NCBI GenBank assembly: GCA_965225085.1
Contig: CBDDBE010000001.1
Span: 193,641-257,640, forward strand
Reading direction: 5' to 3'
DNA from: an uncultured Candidatus Saccharibacteria bacterium
GTDB lineage: Bacteria; Patescibacteriota; Saccharimonadia; Saccharimonadales; EFPC-124
Length of the DNA stretch: 64,000 nucleotides
Below are positions 40,812 through 49,636 of the stretch, in pieces (position 1 is the first letter of the stretch; every line of letters starts with the position of its first letter). The notes under the pieces are model-generated. The model was not told the origin of the DNA. It did no database searches and saw nothing but the letters and a program-made list of their open reading frames with translations. The position numbers and the translations under genes are program-made.

Positions 40812-42665
40812 CTAAACCAGCACTGCTTCTTTTGGTGCTACTGCGTCAACTAAGATCTTGCTGACTTCATCACCTTCGATAGTTTCTTTCTCTAGTAGAG
40901 CGTCAGCCAATTTCTTGAGTGGCTCTAGGTTGGCTCGAATGACAATTTCGGCACGGTGCGCGGCTTCCTTGATGAGGCCTTGCACTTCGCTATCGATAAT
41001 CTTGGCCGTGTCCTCGGAGTAGGGCCTGTCGTGAACCATACGATCCAACATCATGCCACCCTCGTCCTCATGGAAGACCTGATCGCGCAGCACGTTGCCC
41101 ATGCCTTGCTCGATCACCATATCGCGTGCAATTTCAGTTGCTTTGCGCAGGTCGCTGCCAGCACCGGTTGTCACATTTTCCGCACCATACTTGACCTTCT
41201 CTGCAATACGACCGCCAAGGGCGCGCGCCAAAACATCTTTGAACTCCAGAATGGAAGTGTACGCTCGATCTTCAGGGGGCAAGAACCATGTTACACCACC
41301 AGTGCCACCACGCGGGATAATCGTGACCTTGTGGACCGGGTCAGAATGAGGCAATACGTGACCCACAATAGCGTGGCCTGCCTCGTGATAAGCGGTCATC
41401 TCCTTTTCGTGCTCGGTCATGACCCGCGCTTTGCGCTCTGGGCCGATCGCTACCTTTTCAAACGCCTCTGTTACGTCACGGTTGGTAATGTGCTTGCGAT
41501 TGTGCCTGGCTGCAATGATAGCTGCCTCGTTGGCGATGTTTGCCAAGTCCGCACCAGAGCTGCCAGCCGTCTTGGCCGCAAGCGTGCCAATGTTGACGCT
41601 AGGGTCAATCGGTTTCTTGTCGAAGTGAACCTTGAGGATAGCCTCACGCTCTTTGCGCTCGGGCAGTGTTATGTTGACGCGTCGGTCAAAACGGCCCGGA
41701 CGAAGAAGCGCTGGGTCTAACACGTCGGCGCGGTTGGTCGCGGCCAGGACGATTACATTCGTTCGCGCGTCAAAGCCATCCATCTCGACCAAGATTTGGT
41801 TGAGCGTCTGCTCGCGCTCATCGTGTCCACCGCCCATGCCACTACCGCGCCTGCGGCCGACTGCGTCAATTTCGTCGATAAAGATGATGCATGGCGCATT
41901 CTTCTTAGCCTTGGCAAACAGATCACGCACGCGGCTCGCACCTACGCCCACGAACATCTCGACGAATTCAGAGCCCGAAATGCTGAAGAATGGCACACCC
42001 GCCTCACCCGCCACAGCGCGGGCCAGCATGGTTTTACCGGTACCTGGAGGGCCGATCAGTAGAACACCTTTTGGAATCTTGGCGCCAACTTCTAGGAACT
42101 TCTTGGGGTTTTTCAGGAAGTCTACAACCTCGACAAGATCTTCCTTCGCCTCTTCATTGCCGGCTACGTCCTTGAATACGATCTTGTCTTTTTCGTTCCC
42201 GTACAAGCGCGCCTTTGATTTGCCAAAACCGAGAGCCTGATTATTCTGGCCCTGAGCCTGACGGAACATAAACAGGAAGAACGCGCCAAAGAGTAACACT
42301 GGCAAGAAAATACTGGCTAGGTTCCACAACGTGGCGTTAGTGTCAGACGCCTTCTTGACGTTAATCTCAACCTTGGCGTCATGGCTCAGGCCTTGTTCGT
42401 AAATAGTACTACCAGTCTCTTTGAAGGCACGTTCAGTTGGCTGGCCTTTGTCTTGATCGCTCGTTGGTGTGATCAGCAATTCGTCGCCCTGAATTTCGAT
42501 CTTAGAAATCTCGCCACTGTTGGCCTGGCGGATAATATCAGAGAGCGGGACGTCCTTTAGGTTTTGCTGTGGCGAATAAACCGCCCAAAGCACCAGGGCA
42601 ATAACGATCAACATGCCCCAAAAAACAGTAGTACGCATCAATTTGCTAGGTTGTTTCGGTTTCAA
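40812..42665 (-). CDS. ftsH: ATP-dependent zinc metalloprotease FtsH
   Basis: Two N-terminal TMs, AAA Walker A GPPGTGKT, and the HEAGH zinc motif. Confidence 0.97.
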   Translation of the reverse strand: MKPKQPSKLMRTTVFWGMLIVIALVLWAVYSPQQNLKDVPLSDIIRQANSGEISKIEIQGDELLITPTSDQDKGQPTERAFKETGSTIYEQGLSHDAKVEINVKKASDTNATLWNLASIFLPVLLFGAFFLFMFRQAQGQNNQALGFGKSKARLYGNEKDKIVFKDVAGNEEAKEDLVEVVDFLKNPKKFLEVGAKIPKGVLLIGPPGTGKTMLARAVAGEAGVPFFSISGSEFVEMFVGVGASRVRDLFAKAKKNAPCIIFIDEIDAVGRRRGSGMGGGHDEREQTLNQILVEMDGFDARTNVIVLAATNRADVLDPALLRPGRFDRRVNITLPERKEREAILKVHFDKKPIDPSVNIGTLAAKTAGSSGADLANIANEAAIIAARHNRKHITNRDVTEAFEKVAIGPERKARVMTEHEKEMTAYHEAGHAIVGHVLPHSDPVHKVTIIPRGGTGGVTWFLPPEDRAYTSILEFKDVLARALGGRIAEKVKYGAENVTTGAGSDLRKATEIARDMVIEQGMGNVLRDQVFHEDEGGMMLDRMVHDRPYSEDTAKIIDSEVQGLIKEAAHRAEIVIRANLEPLKKLADALLEKETIEGDEVSKILVDAVAPKEAVLV

Positions 42666-42722
42666 AATTATATCCTCATTTACATGTGGCCTCTATAAAA
42701 GGCCTGGCATTTCCTTAGCTTA

Positions 42723-43625
42723 TCATGCCCCGTACCGCTCGACAATCACATGGTTGGCATTCATGCGTAGTTGCCAGCTGGCGCTGAGCCTAAAAACCTT
42801 GCCTCGCGTTGCAGTCTTCGCGAATAAAAGCGCCCGCACGAGGACCGGACGCGTCACCGAATCACCAACTACCCGAAGCAGAACAGCCCGCAAAATCTCG
42901 CCGGCAACAGCCTGAGGCAGCATGATGAGCTGGTAGCGGGGGAGCGAAACGAGCCCATCTGACTCAGGAGCCGCAAATTGCGCTAACCAGTTATTTACCT
43001 CGTCGTCAATCTGATCACGGAGTATGTGCTGTCGCACAATATATTGATTAAGCACCTCCCGATCGTGCGCTGACATCTTGGCGAGGAAACCGTGCCTCAC
43101 ACTATTCCGAAGGTAACGGGTGTCACGGTTAGTGGAATCTTCACGCCACTTTAATTTGTGTTGGGTCGCATACTCCAGCAGCTCAGACTTTGAAATCGCA
43201 AGGAACGGCCGCAAGATTTGGCTTGTCGAGCGAAGCGAGCTAAGCCCTCGCCAGCCCGTGCCGCGCACCATATTGATAATCGCCGTCTCGAGCAAATCGT
43301 CACGATGATGCGCCGTAATAATTGCGGCAGCGTTGTATTTGCTACATATATGTCGCAAAAATTCATATCGGGCTTTGCGCGCCATCTCCTCGCTTGCATC
43401 TGGACCAAGATCCAAGACAACTTCTTCGTATCTAACGTTGTGCGACATTGAAACTTTTCGAACTAGCTCAGCATCGAGATTCGCATCAGCACGTATACCG
43501 TGATTTACGTGAGCAACGATCAGTTCGACACCAGGCTTCCGCCGAACCACATCAAATAAAACCATCGAATCCACTCCCCCACTCACGGCGAGCACGTACA
43601 AACCTGGGGGAATATCACATTTCAT
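42723..43625 (-). CDS. tilS: tRNA(Ile)-lysidine synthase TilS
   Basis: PP-loop AVSGGVDSMV. Start chosen at MKCDIPPGLYVLAVSGG; the ORF track extends to 43670. Confidence 0.85.
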   Translation of the reverse strand: MKCDIPPGLYVLAVSGGVDSMVLFDVVRRKPGVELIVAHVNHGIRADANLDAELVRKVSMSHNVRYEEVVLDLGPDASEEMARKARYEFLRHICSKYNAAAIITAHHRDDLLETAIINMVRGTGWRGLSSLRSTSQILRPFLAISKSELLEYATQHKLKWREDSTNRDTRYLRNSVRHGFLAKMSAHDREVLNQYIVRQHILRDQIDDEVNNWLAQFAAPESDGLVSLPRYQLIMLPQAVAGEILRAVLLRVVGDSVTRPVLVRALLFAKTATRGKVFRLSASWQLRMNANHVIVERYGA

Positions 43626-43733
43626 TTCATCATTACAACCAAATTTAGTGCCTTGTGCAAGCGTATGCATTTGACAAAATCTACATCTACGTATACTATA
43701 TTAGTCAGCTTCGTCCCGACACTGGAGGAACTC

Positions 43734-44027
43734 ATGGGTATTCTGAAAAAGGCCGTCACTGCGATAGCTAAGCTCATTCCAGCCGAAGTCGTCTACTACC
43801 TCGACGACACGGAAATCTTCCGGGAGACCGTCACGGCTAAGCAGGTAGAGTCCGGCGGGTTCCATGCCGAACGCATCGTCACGAAGATGAGCCAGCTGGG
43901 GCTTAGGCTCAACGGTGAGTGCGTCAGGAAGGCTCTTCCCAACCACGGTCGCGAGTGGACCTACCCCGTCGTGCTTCCGAACGGCCGCCAGACGACGTTC
44001 AAGGTAACCGCGACGTTCAAGGCCTAA
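43734..44027 (+). CDS. Orphan hypothetical protein (cassette H)
   Basis: 97 aa. Promoter TTGACA (43671-43676), N17, TACTAT. SD ggagga. G+C-rich. Confidence 0.5.
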   Translation: MGILKKAVTAIAKLIPAEVVYYLDDTEIFRETVTAKQVESGGFHAERIVTKMSQLGLRLNGECVRKALPNHGREWTYPVVLPNGRQTTFKVTATFKA

Positions 44028-44035
44028 AGACCTCT

Positions 44036-44078
44036 CCCCCTTCCGCCCCGCTACACGCGTGGGCGAAGGGGGCTTTTT
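44036..44078 (+). terminator. Intrinsic terminator after cassette H
   Basis: cccccttc(c)gccc / gggcgaaggggg stem followed by cttttt. Confidence 0.7.
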
Positions 44079-44104
44079 GTGTGATGTTATATACTTAGTC
44101 CATA

Positions 44105-44644
44105 ATGCAGCAATTATTCATCATGCGGCACGGCCAAAGTCAGGCCAATGCCGACCGCATCGTCGCTGGATCGCACGAATCGCCTCTGTCGGAAGCAGGA
44201 CGGCGTCAAGTTGCCTATGCTAGCGAAACCGCCAAGCGGTATCTGCCTTTTGATCTTATTGTGACATCTCCCATGAGCCGAGCTAGGCAGAGCGCAGAGA
44301 TTATAGCCGACCACCTAGGCATTCCCACTGAGACAATCGTCGTCATGGGACAGCTCCGCGAGCGTAACCTTGGCGCCGTGGAAGGCCTTAACTACGCCGA
44401 GGCCCCGCAGTACAATGGCAACTACGAAGATGCCGAGCACGTCGACGGCGTTGAACCAATCGAACAGCTCCTCAGCCGCATGCAGGAAGCGCTAGCCGAA
44501 CTTCGAGCTAGGCCCGAGCAACGGATTCTAGTCGTCTGCCACAATGGCTGTGGCCGCATGCTACAGGTAGCAGCCGCCAATGACGCGCCCATGGACATGT
44601 ACGCTCAACCACGCCTCGAGAATGCAATATTCTATCCACTCTGA
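44105..44644 (+). CDS. Histidine phosphatase family (phosphoglycerate mutase-like) protein
   Basis: Starts LFIMRHGQSQAN (RHG motif). 179 aa. Confidence 0.8.
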   Translation: MQQLFIMRHGQSQANADRIVAGSHESPLSEAGRRQVAYASETAKRYLPFDLIVTSPMSRARQSAEIIADHLGIPTETIVVMGQLRERNLGAVEGLNYAEAPQYNGNYEDAEHVDGVEPIEQLLSRMQEALAELRARPEQRILVVCHNGCGRMLQVAAANDAPMDMYAQPRLENAIFYPL

Positions 44645-44687
44645 CAATTGAAAGGATATGCTTCAGTAGCATCTGGGCCCAAGTAAA

Positions 44688-44709
44688 AACCCCACACATT
44701 GGTGGGGTT
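44688..44709. terminator. Bidirectional terminator
   Basis: aaccccac / gtggggtt stem with an A-run and T-run on both sides. Lies between the phosphatase gene and tRNA-Met. Confidence 0.7.
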
Positions 44710-44715
44710 CTTACT

Positions 44716-44792
44716 TGGTAGCACCGACAGGGCTTGAACCTGTGACCTGAGGCTTATGAGTCCTCCGCTCTAACCAGCTGAGCTACGGTGCC
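44716..44792 (-). tRNA. tRNA-Met (CAU), elongator type
   Basis: Hand-folded. Anticodon loop CTCATAA, a paired 1:72 G-U, and a variable-loop/T-arm segment (AGGTCACAGGTTCAAGCCCTGT) similar to the corresponding E. coli elongator tRNA-Met segment (GGGTCACAGGTTCGAATCCCGT). Confidence 0.8.
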
Positions 44793-44925
44793 ATATATTT
44801 TAAACGCGGACAAATGGTATTTTAACAGATTACGAACAGGTTTTCTAGTCCCGAGACCTCGACCTCTTTGACACATCTGGTCGCATGGGTGTATAAATAG
44901 AGTAGCATTAACAAAAATAAAAACT

Positions 44926-45816
44926 ATGGTACTTTCTTCCTCGGCCTGGCCGTATGTATTCAGCAACGTGGCTGTTACTAGCTTGGCCGCATCTGTCAGG
45001 GATCTATCTGTAGCTGTCGTGTGGACGGCGGCTATTATGCTGACTCTTCTGATTACGGCAGGAATTGTGTTGCGCGGGCAACCGAGCTTCAAGAAGCCGC
45101 TCTTCACTTTGATGGTCGTCACTGTGGTAATTACGACGTTAATCATGAGCTGTGCCACCTTACTCGTAAACTTCAACTCGCCAACCGCTGGTCCGGTCCG
45201 CTGGGCGAGCGATTTTGAGGTTTGGGTTTGCGGCAATCAGCTCAAGCTTCGCGGCTCTAACAGCTTGCTTACCAGTCGCGTCGGCACGCCCACATTGTAT
45301 ATGCAGCCAGCTGGGAGCATTCACTTCAACGGCACGCCGACCACGCTCCCCAACGATGCATCACTGGGCGCATTTATGGAGGCCGTCGATGGGGAAATCA
45401 CCGACACGGCGCTATCCGTTCCGCTGAACAACGACAATGGTTTCGTGGGCACCCCTAACGCACCGGACCAAGTCCAACCATACATCCAGACAAACGCTCG
45501 CGGGCCATACGCCAGCGTACATAGCGGCAATACCTGCGGGGATGAAAAGGCCGCAGTGCAGGCCTTTGCCTACCGCCCGAACAACGACGGCAAAACCTAC
45601 ACTCAAACCAAAATAGCCCACCCCCACGACTACGAGCTAAGCCACACAGCCCAAGCCCCCCCAGGCGATTGCATCATCATGGAGTTTGCCGCGCCCGCAG
45701 ACCGCACCGAACACCTCTGCGCCAGCTACGGCATACGCGACCAGGACCGCTGCACGGACTATGGTATTGCTGCAGATAAAATCGCCAGCTGCGATATACG
45801 AGAGGTCGCAAAATGA
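44926..45816 (+). CDS. Membrane-anchored Cys-rich extracytoplasmic protein
   Basis: 296 aa with N-terminal TM helices and a C-terminal domain carrying several Cys. Confidence 0.5.
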   Translation: MVLSSSAWPYVFSNVAVTSLAASVRDLSVAVVWTAAIMLTLLITAGIVLRGQPSFKKPLFTLMVVTVVITTLIMSCATLLVNFNSPTAGPVRWASDFEVWVCGNQLKLRGSNSLLTSRVGTPTLYMQPAGSIHFNGTPTTLPNDASLGAFMEAVDGEITDTALSVPLNNDNGFVGTPNAPDQVQPYIQTNARGPYASVHSGNTCGDEKAAVQAFAYRPNNDGKTYTQTKIAHPHDYELSHTAQAPPGDCIIMEFAAPADRTEHLCASYGIRDQDRCTDYGIAADKIASCDIREVAK

Positions 45817-46520
45817 TAGTCGACTCGACGCTCGTCGTTGTTATCCTTATCGCGGCAGGTGTTAGCGCGCTTAGCCCCATTACGCTAGGAATTCTGGTCC
45901 TACTCATATCCGCCGTGCTGGGCAAGGGGCATCGCACGCGCCGCATGTTTTGGTTGGGCATCGCTTTCATACTGGTGCTGCTAACTGTCTCGCTACTATG
46001 GGGTGTTTTGGCGCTATACGCGTGGCACCTTTTGCCGCCGGTGGCATCCCAATACCTGGCTATCAGCGTTGGCCTGTTCGTTGTCGGTGCGGGCCTGACC
46101 GAAATCAAGCAATTCTTCTGGTACGGCCAAGGGTTGCGTCTAGCGCTCGGAAAACGATCGACCGCCTATGTCAAGGGTCTGACCAAGGGCCGCTTCACTC
46201 TCGCCCAGACAGTCCAATTGGGCATCTGGACATCAGCCGTCGCCGTCCCCAGCACCTGTGCAGCGTATTTGGCGGTCCTGGCGCTGCTACGTAATAGCGT
46301 TAGCTATACATCGCTCAGTCTGGTTGGTCTGTATAACCTTGTCTTTGTCTTGCCTCTGGTCGTAATCGTCGGACTAACGGCGAACGGCACAAGACTCAGC
46401 GTTATTCAGCGCTGGAAGGAAGAGGGCAAAGGTACGATGCGGCTCGGCATCGGAATGTTGCTAATTGCGCTGGGCTGGATCATCATCCTTAGCGCCAATG
46501 GAGTGATAAACCTGGAATAA
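45813..46520 (+). CDS. Polytopic membrane protein (GAP/DsbD_2-like fold, family uncertain)
   Basis: 235 aa, about 6 TMs, ATGA overlap with the upstream gene. It has only one Cys, so it is not a canonical CcdA. Confidence 0.45.
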   Translation: MIVDSTLVVVILIAAGVSALSPITLGILVLLISAVLGKGHRTRRMFWLGIAFILVLLTVSLLWGVLALYAWHLLPPVASQYLAISVGLFVVGAGLTEIKQFFWYGQGLRLALGKRSTAYVKGLTKGRFTLAQTVQLGIWTSAVAVPSTCAAYLAVLALLRNSVSYTSLSLVGLYNLVFVLPLVVIVGLTANGTRLSVIQRWKEEGKGTMRLGIGMLLIALGWIIILSANGVINLE

Positions 46521-46524
46521 CGCT

Positions 46525-46800
46525 ATGAAAACAACTATCGTCAAACAACACCCCAACCACAGTGAACCGTTCAACGAAAGCAAGCTGTACGCCAGCATCT
46601 ACGCCTCGTGCCTGTCCGTCCGTACACCCAGCGGCGAAGCGGAAACGACCGCAGCCCGCGTCTGCCAAGACTTCATACCATGGCTGGCCGACAAGATAGA
46701 GATAACCTCCCACGACATCCGAACCCGCGCCGCCTTCCACCTAGAGTCCTACAATCCACACGCGGCATATATGTACCAAAACTACGGCATAATCCACTAG
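46525..46800 (+). CDS. Stand-alone ATP-cone domain protein
   Basis: 91 aa with IVKQHPNHSEPFNESKLYASIYASC, an ATP-cone-like N-terminus. Confidence 0.55.
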   Translation: MKTTIVKQHPNHSEPFNESKLYASIYASCLSVRTPSGEAETTAARVCQDFIPWLADKIEITSHDIRTRAAFHLESYNPHAAYMYQNYGIIH

Positions 46801-46815
46801 AAAAAGGAGCGAGCA

Positions 46816-48192
46816 ATGGCAAAACAAAAATACGATTACGACCTCATAGTCCTGGGTAGCGGCGGGGGCGGTAGCGTTGCGGCCTTGATAGCGGCGGGGG
46901 CCGGCAAACAGGTGGCGATGATAGAGCCCGGCGAAATGGGCGGTGAGTGCCCCAACTACGGCTGCGTCCCCACCAAATCGTTGCTGCACGCTGCCGAGAT
47001 TTACGACTCTGCCAAGCACGGTCAGCAATTTGGCATTCGCTCTGGCACGCTCACCTACAACTACCCGTCACTAAAGGCCTGGAAAGATCTGGCCGTCGCA
47101 CGCACCGGCACCACCGAGGGCAAACGGCTATACGAAGCCGAAGGCATCAAGGTCATTGAGGGCGAGGCGCGCTTCCTGAGTGACCATGAGGTTACGGTCA
47201 ATCGCCACCACCTGAGCGCCGCCAATTTCCTGATCGCCACTGGCACGCACAATTTCATCCCGCCCATCGAGGGCCTCCAGAAAGTCGGCTACCTTACCTT
47301 CAAGGAAGCCGTCAATCTGACACGCCCGCCAAAATCGCTTTTCATTATTGGCGCCGGCTCGGTCGGATGCGAATTTGCCGAACTGTTCTCGATATTTGGC
47401 ACCAAGGTCTATCTGAGCGACATTACACCACGCATCCTATCCAAGGAAGATGAAGAAGTCAGCGAACTAGTACGCGAAACATTCGAGCAAGAACGCGGCA
47501 TGCACGTACTGACGAATACCAAAGTTTTGCGAGTAGCCAAGGACGGGCTAGCCAAACGCGTGTACTACCAACAGGGCGCCCACGAAAAGGTCCTAAAAGT
47601 CGACGAAATTCTGGTGGCTTCAGGCAAACTAGCCAACGTTGACATCGGACTCGAGAACGCTGGCGTCGAATACACTCCGCGCGGCATCACGGTCAACGAG
47701 CACCTGCAAACCACGGCCAAAAACATCTACGCTGCCGGCGACGTGGTCGGGCCGTACAACTACACTCATGCCGCAATTTACCAAAGTCGCGTCGTCGCCA
47801 ACAATTTGCTCGAGCGACAAAAAGTCGTCGTCGATTACCGCGCCGTCCCGCGTGTCACGTTCCTAAATCCCGAGGTTGCATCTGTTGGCCTAACCGAAGA
47901 CGAATGTATCAAGCGCGACCTGCGGATCAAGAAAGCAATCGCGCCAGTGGCTATCATCGGCCGGGCCAACACCAGCAATGCCGACCGAGGCTTCGTGAAG
48001 GTCATAACCGATCAGAAAGGCATTCTCATTGGTGCTAGCATTGTCAGCCCACGCGCCGGCGAAATGATACATGAGCTCACCCTTGCTATTCACATGCGCC
48101 TCGCTGCCTCTGACGTCGCCGGTACAATCCACGCCTTCCCTACTTGGTCAGAGGCTATCCGTATTGCGTGCGGCAAAGTTGCAAAAGCTTAG
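46816..48192 (+). CDS. Class I pyridine nucleotide-disulfide oxidoreductase (Lpd/MerA/GR-like)
   Basis: GSGGGG FAD motif, redox-active GGECPNYGCVPTK, and a C-terminal dimerisation domain. Confidence 0.85.
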   Translation: MAKQKYDYDLIVLGSGGGGSVAALIAAGAGKQVAMIEPGEMGGECPNYGCVPTKSLLHAAEIYDSAKHGQQFGIRSGTLTYNYPSLKAWKDLAVARTGTTEGKRLYEAEGIKVIEGEARFLSDHEVTVNRHHLSAANFLIATGTHNFIPPIEGLQKVGYLTFKEAVNLTRPPKSLFIIGAGSVGCEFAELFSIFGTKVYLSDITPRILSKEDEEVSELVRETFEQERGMHVLTNTKVLRVAKDGLAKRVYYQQGAHEKVLKVDEILVASGKLANVDIGLENAGVEYTPRGITVNEHLQTTAKNIYAAGDVVGPYNYTHAAIYQSRVVANNLLERQKVVVDYRAVPRVTFLNPEVASVGLTEDECIKRDLRIKKAIAPVAIIGRANTSNADRGFVKVITDQKGILIGASIVSPRAGEMIHELTLAIHMRLAASDVAGTIHAFPTWSEAIRIACGKVAKA

Positions 48193-48242
48193 ACGATATT
48201 GTATCCTATCTGAAGTCAGCCCACTTCGACCACGGAGACATC

Positions 48243-48659
48243 ATGCCAAACGCGACTCAAGTGAAAACGTCCAGCTGGGGAGGTAACGTCGTCGTCAGCT
48301 TCGACGACGGGCACACGGTCACCTTCTACCCCAATCAGGGCGGTTGGGACGAACCAGCGACCAACGAAGAAATCCGCCTCACTGATAGCTCAGGGCAGGC
48401 CATCATACGGTTCTATTCGCCCGGCCAGCGTCCGGTCAACTGCCGCCATCCGAAGCCGGCCGCCCCGTTCGGCTTCGGGCCGCTCAAGCGGGCTGGATAC
48501 ACTGCCGAACAGATTCGACAGTACTTCACCGCCGCTCGCGACTACGCAGCCGAATTGTTCGGGCGGGGCGAGAAGACCGGCGAGTGGCACGTGGTCAACC
48601 GCAGCTGCGGCGACATCGACAGAATTGGCAGCGGCGAAGAGCCTCTGGCTACAGACTGA
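48243..48659 (+). CDS. Orphan hypothetical protein (cassette I)
   Basis: 138 aa from MPNATQVK. SD ggaga. Promoter TTGCAA-N17-TATCCT (48179-48207) overlaps the end of the upstream gene. G+C-rich. Confidence 0.5.
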   Translation: MPNATQVKTSSWGGNVVVSFDDGHTVTFYPNQGGWDEPATNEEIRLTDSSGQAIIRFYSPGQRPVNCRHPKPAAPFGFGPLKRAGYTAEQIRQYFTAARDYAAELFGRGEKTGEWHVVNRSCGDIDRIGSGEEPLATD

Positions 48660-48662
48660 CAC

Positions 48663-48691
48663 TCTGCGGGCGGCCACACGCCGCCCGCAGA
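48663..48691 (+). terminator. GC-rich hairpin after cassette I
   Basis: tctgcgggcgg / ccgcccgcaga. Confidence 0.65.
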
Positions 48692-48757
48692 ATTACTTTT
48701 TAGCGAAATAATACTTCCGAAAATGAAAAAACGACCACCGAAGTGATCGTCTTTTCA

Positions 48758-48834
48758 TGGTAGCGGGGGCTGGATTTGAACCAGCGACCTCATGGTTATG
48801 AGCCATGCGAGCTACCGGGCTGCTCTACCCCGCG
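48758..48834 (-). tRNA. Initiator tRNA-fMet (CAU)
   Basis: 5' CGCGGGGTAGAGCAGCC as in E. coli tRNA-fMet, a C1xT72 mismatch, and the CTCATAA loop. Confidence 0.8.
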
Positions 48835-48889
48835 TTATCGGCCTCTTGGCCGTCAATCTATATTATCATACATTTGCAGCTCGGCTTTG

Positions 48890-49291
48890 TCAATTGCCTT
48901 TGTTACCAAACAAGAAGTACGACCACTGCTGAAAATTACTGCGCCGGGCAATCGGTACGGCCGCACTGGCCGTTGACGCCGATGGACCGGCGCTGACGGT
49001 GGTTGGCGGCAGAATCAGCAGCTTCTCGCCTGGATTCGCCTTGCCAAAATGGTCGCGTGCCGCAATCTCCTGATACTCCCGACTAGCGTAATACTGGTTC
49101 TGGAACTGCAACGTCTGATTCTCGAGCTCTTGATAGCCTATCTGCTGGCCCAGGCTGTCAACCTGCTGCTGCAACAAAAAATTCTGCTGAATCGCCCCGA
49201 CCGTACCCCACACCCAACTTACGGTTATCAAAAGCGCCACAAGCAGCACGCCGTTGTTGAGTGTCAGATGAGGGCGAATCTTTTGAAGCAT
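48890..49291 (-). CDS. Septum formation initiator FtsB/DivIC-like
   Basis: N-terminal TM plus a Q/L-rich coiled coil, then AREYQEIAARDHFGKANPGEKLLIL. Confidence 0.7.
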   Translation of the reverse strand: MLQKIRPHLTLNNGVLLVALLITVSWVWGTVGAIQQNFLLQQQVDSLGQQIGYQELENQTLQFQNQYYASREYQEIAARDHFGKANPGEKLLILPPTTVSAGPSASTASAAVPIARRSNFQQWSYFLFGNKGN

Positions 49292-49413
49292 GTTTTTGGT
49301 TTTCGAAATATTACCCTCTTAGTGTATACCTTGCCGGGTCCAGTAGCAACAGAGTACGACCAGTGGCGCGACAGGGTGGGTGTTTGATATACTTTATGGT
49401 GTATCAGATATTT

Positions 49414-49489
49414 GGGGCCATAGCTCAGTGGTTAGAGCAGGCGGCTCATAACCGCTTGGTCGCTGGTTCAAATCCAGCTGGCCCCACCA
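49414..49489 (+). tRNA. tRNA-Ile2 (CAU, lysidine-dependent) candidate
   Basis: Strong similarity by eye to E. coli ileX (AGCTCAGTGGTTAGAGCAGGCG.CTCATAA..GCTTGGTCGCTGGTTCAA). Confidence 0.7.
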
Positions 49490-49636
49490 TGAAATTATTT
49501 ATCCACGGAAAACACTCCGATACACAGCAGAAACTAAAATTTGTTGTAAATGAGACATATTGTTACACTGTGCATGTAGATATCGGCGCACATGAAGGCG
49601 CTAAACTTTTTATGATGTACAGAGAGGGTACCTTGA

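Noticed and set aside
36845-42240. Antisense ORFs inside lepA (151, 119 and 180 aa), murJ (184 aa) and ftsH (254 and 202 aa).
   Set aside because: They overlap confidently identified genes on the other strand, and no start signals or recognisable motifs are present.
45813-46520. Interpretation as a CcdA/DsbD thiol-electron transporter forming a redox relay with the flanking Cys-rich protein and the disulfide reductase.
   Set aside because: The membrane protein has a single Cys instead of the two conserved CcdA cysteines, so the relay idea is unsupported.
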